From NCBI GenBank assembly GCA_019358915.1, contig JAHHIM010000007.1:32001-96000 (forward strand): a DNA stretch of 64,000 bases. Direction: 5' to 3'. The notes beneath the pieces were generated by a model. It was not told the DNA's origin. It did not search any database and saw only the letters and a list, made by a program, of their open reading frames with translations. Each line of letters opens with the position of its first letter. Position 1 is the first letter of the stretch. Of this stretch, positions 63,941-64,000 are shown piece after piece. Origin of the DNA: Trichormus sp. ATA11-4-KO1. GTDB lineage: Bacteria; Cyanobacteriota; Cyanobacteriia; Cyanobacteriales; Nostocaceae. Position numbers and translations under genes: made by a program.

Positions 63941-64000
63941 CAAGGGGATGAGGGGGACGAGGAAGAATAATAGTTTGTTTGCTTCCCCTGCTCCCTCATC

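Overview
Chromosomal window from a cyanobacterium, probably a filamentous Nostocales member. This rests on frequent HIP1 GCGATCGC octamers, psbB/psbT, heptameric STRR arrays and Nostoc-type short dispersed repeats. Most genes are housekeeping: ftsH, glmU, gor, hisC, rps1, psbB-psbT, pyrD, iaaA, sodB, purM, prs, bioD. Accessory modules are (i) an arsM-[PiT-family transporter]-arsS arsenosugar-type operon, (ii) egtC-egtB-egtD ergothioneine genes preceded by an AT-rich TylF-type methyltransferase, (iii) a stand-alone double-glycine-leader peptide with an Arg/Cys-rich loop and GGY(D/G) repeat tail, (iv) a divergent FecR-domain / outer-membrane beta-barrel pair, (v) a PEP-CTERM spondin protein with 11-bp-periodic upstream repeats, and (vi) a solitary Lhr/SngC-like helicase. 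The spacers hold nested miniature mobile repeats, MITEs and IS remnants. Two real small genes missing from the ORF track (psbT, DUF2256) were read directly from the sequence. No rRNA, tRNA or CRISPR array was seen. All family assignments are by motif recognition, not database search.
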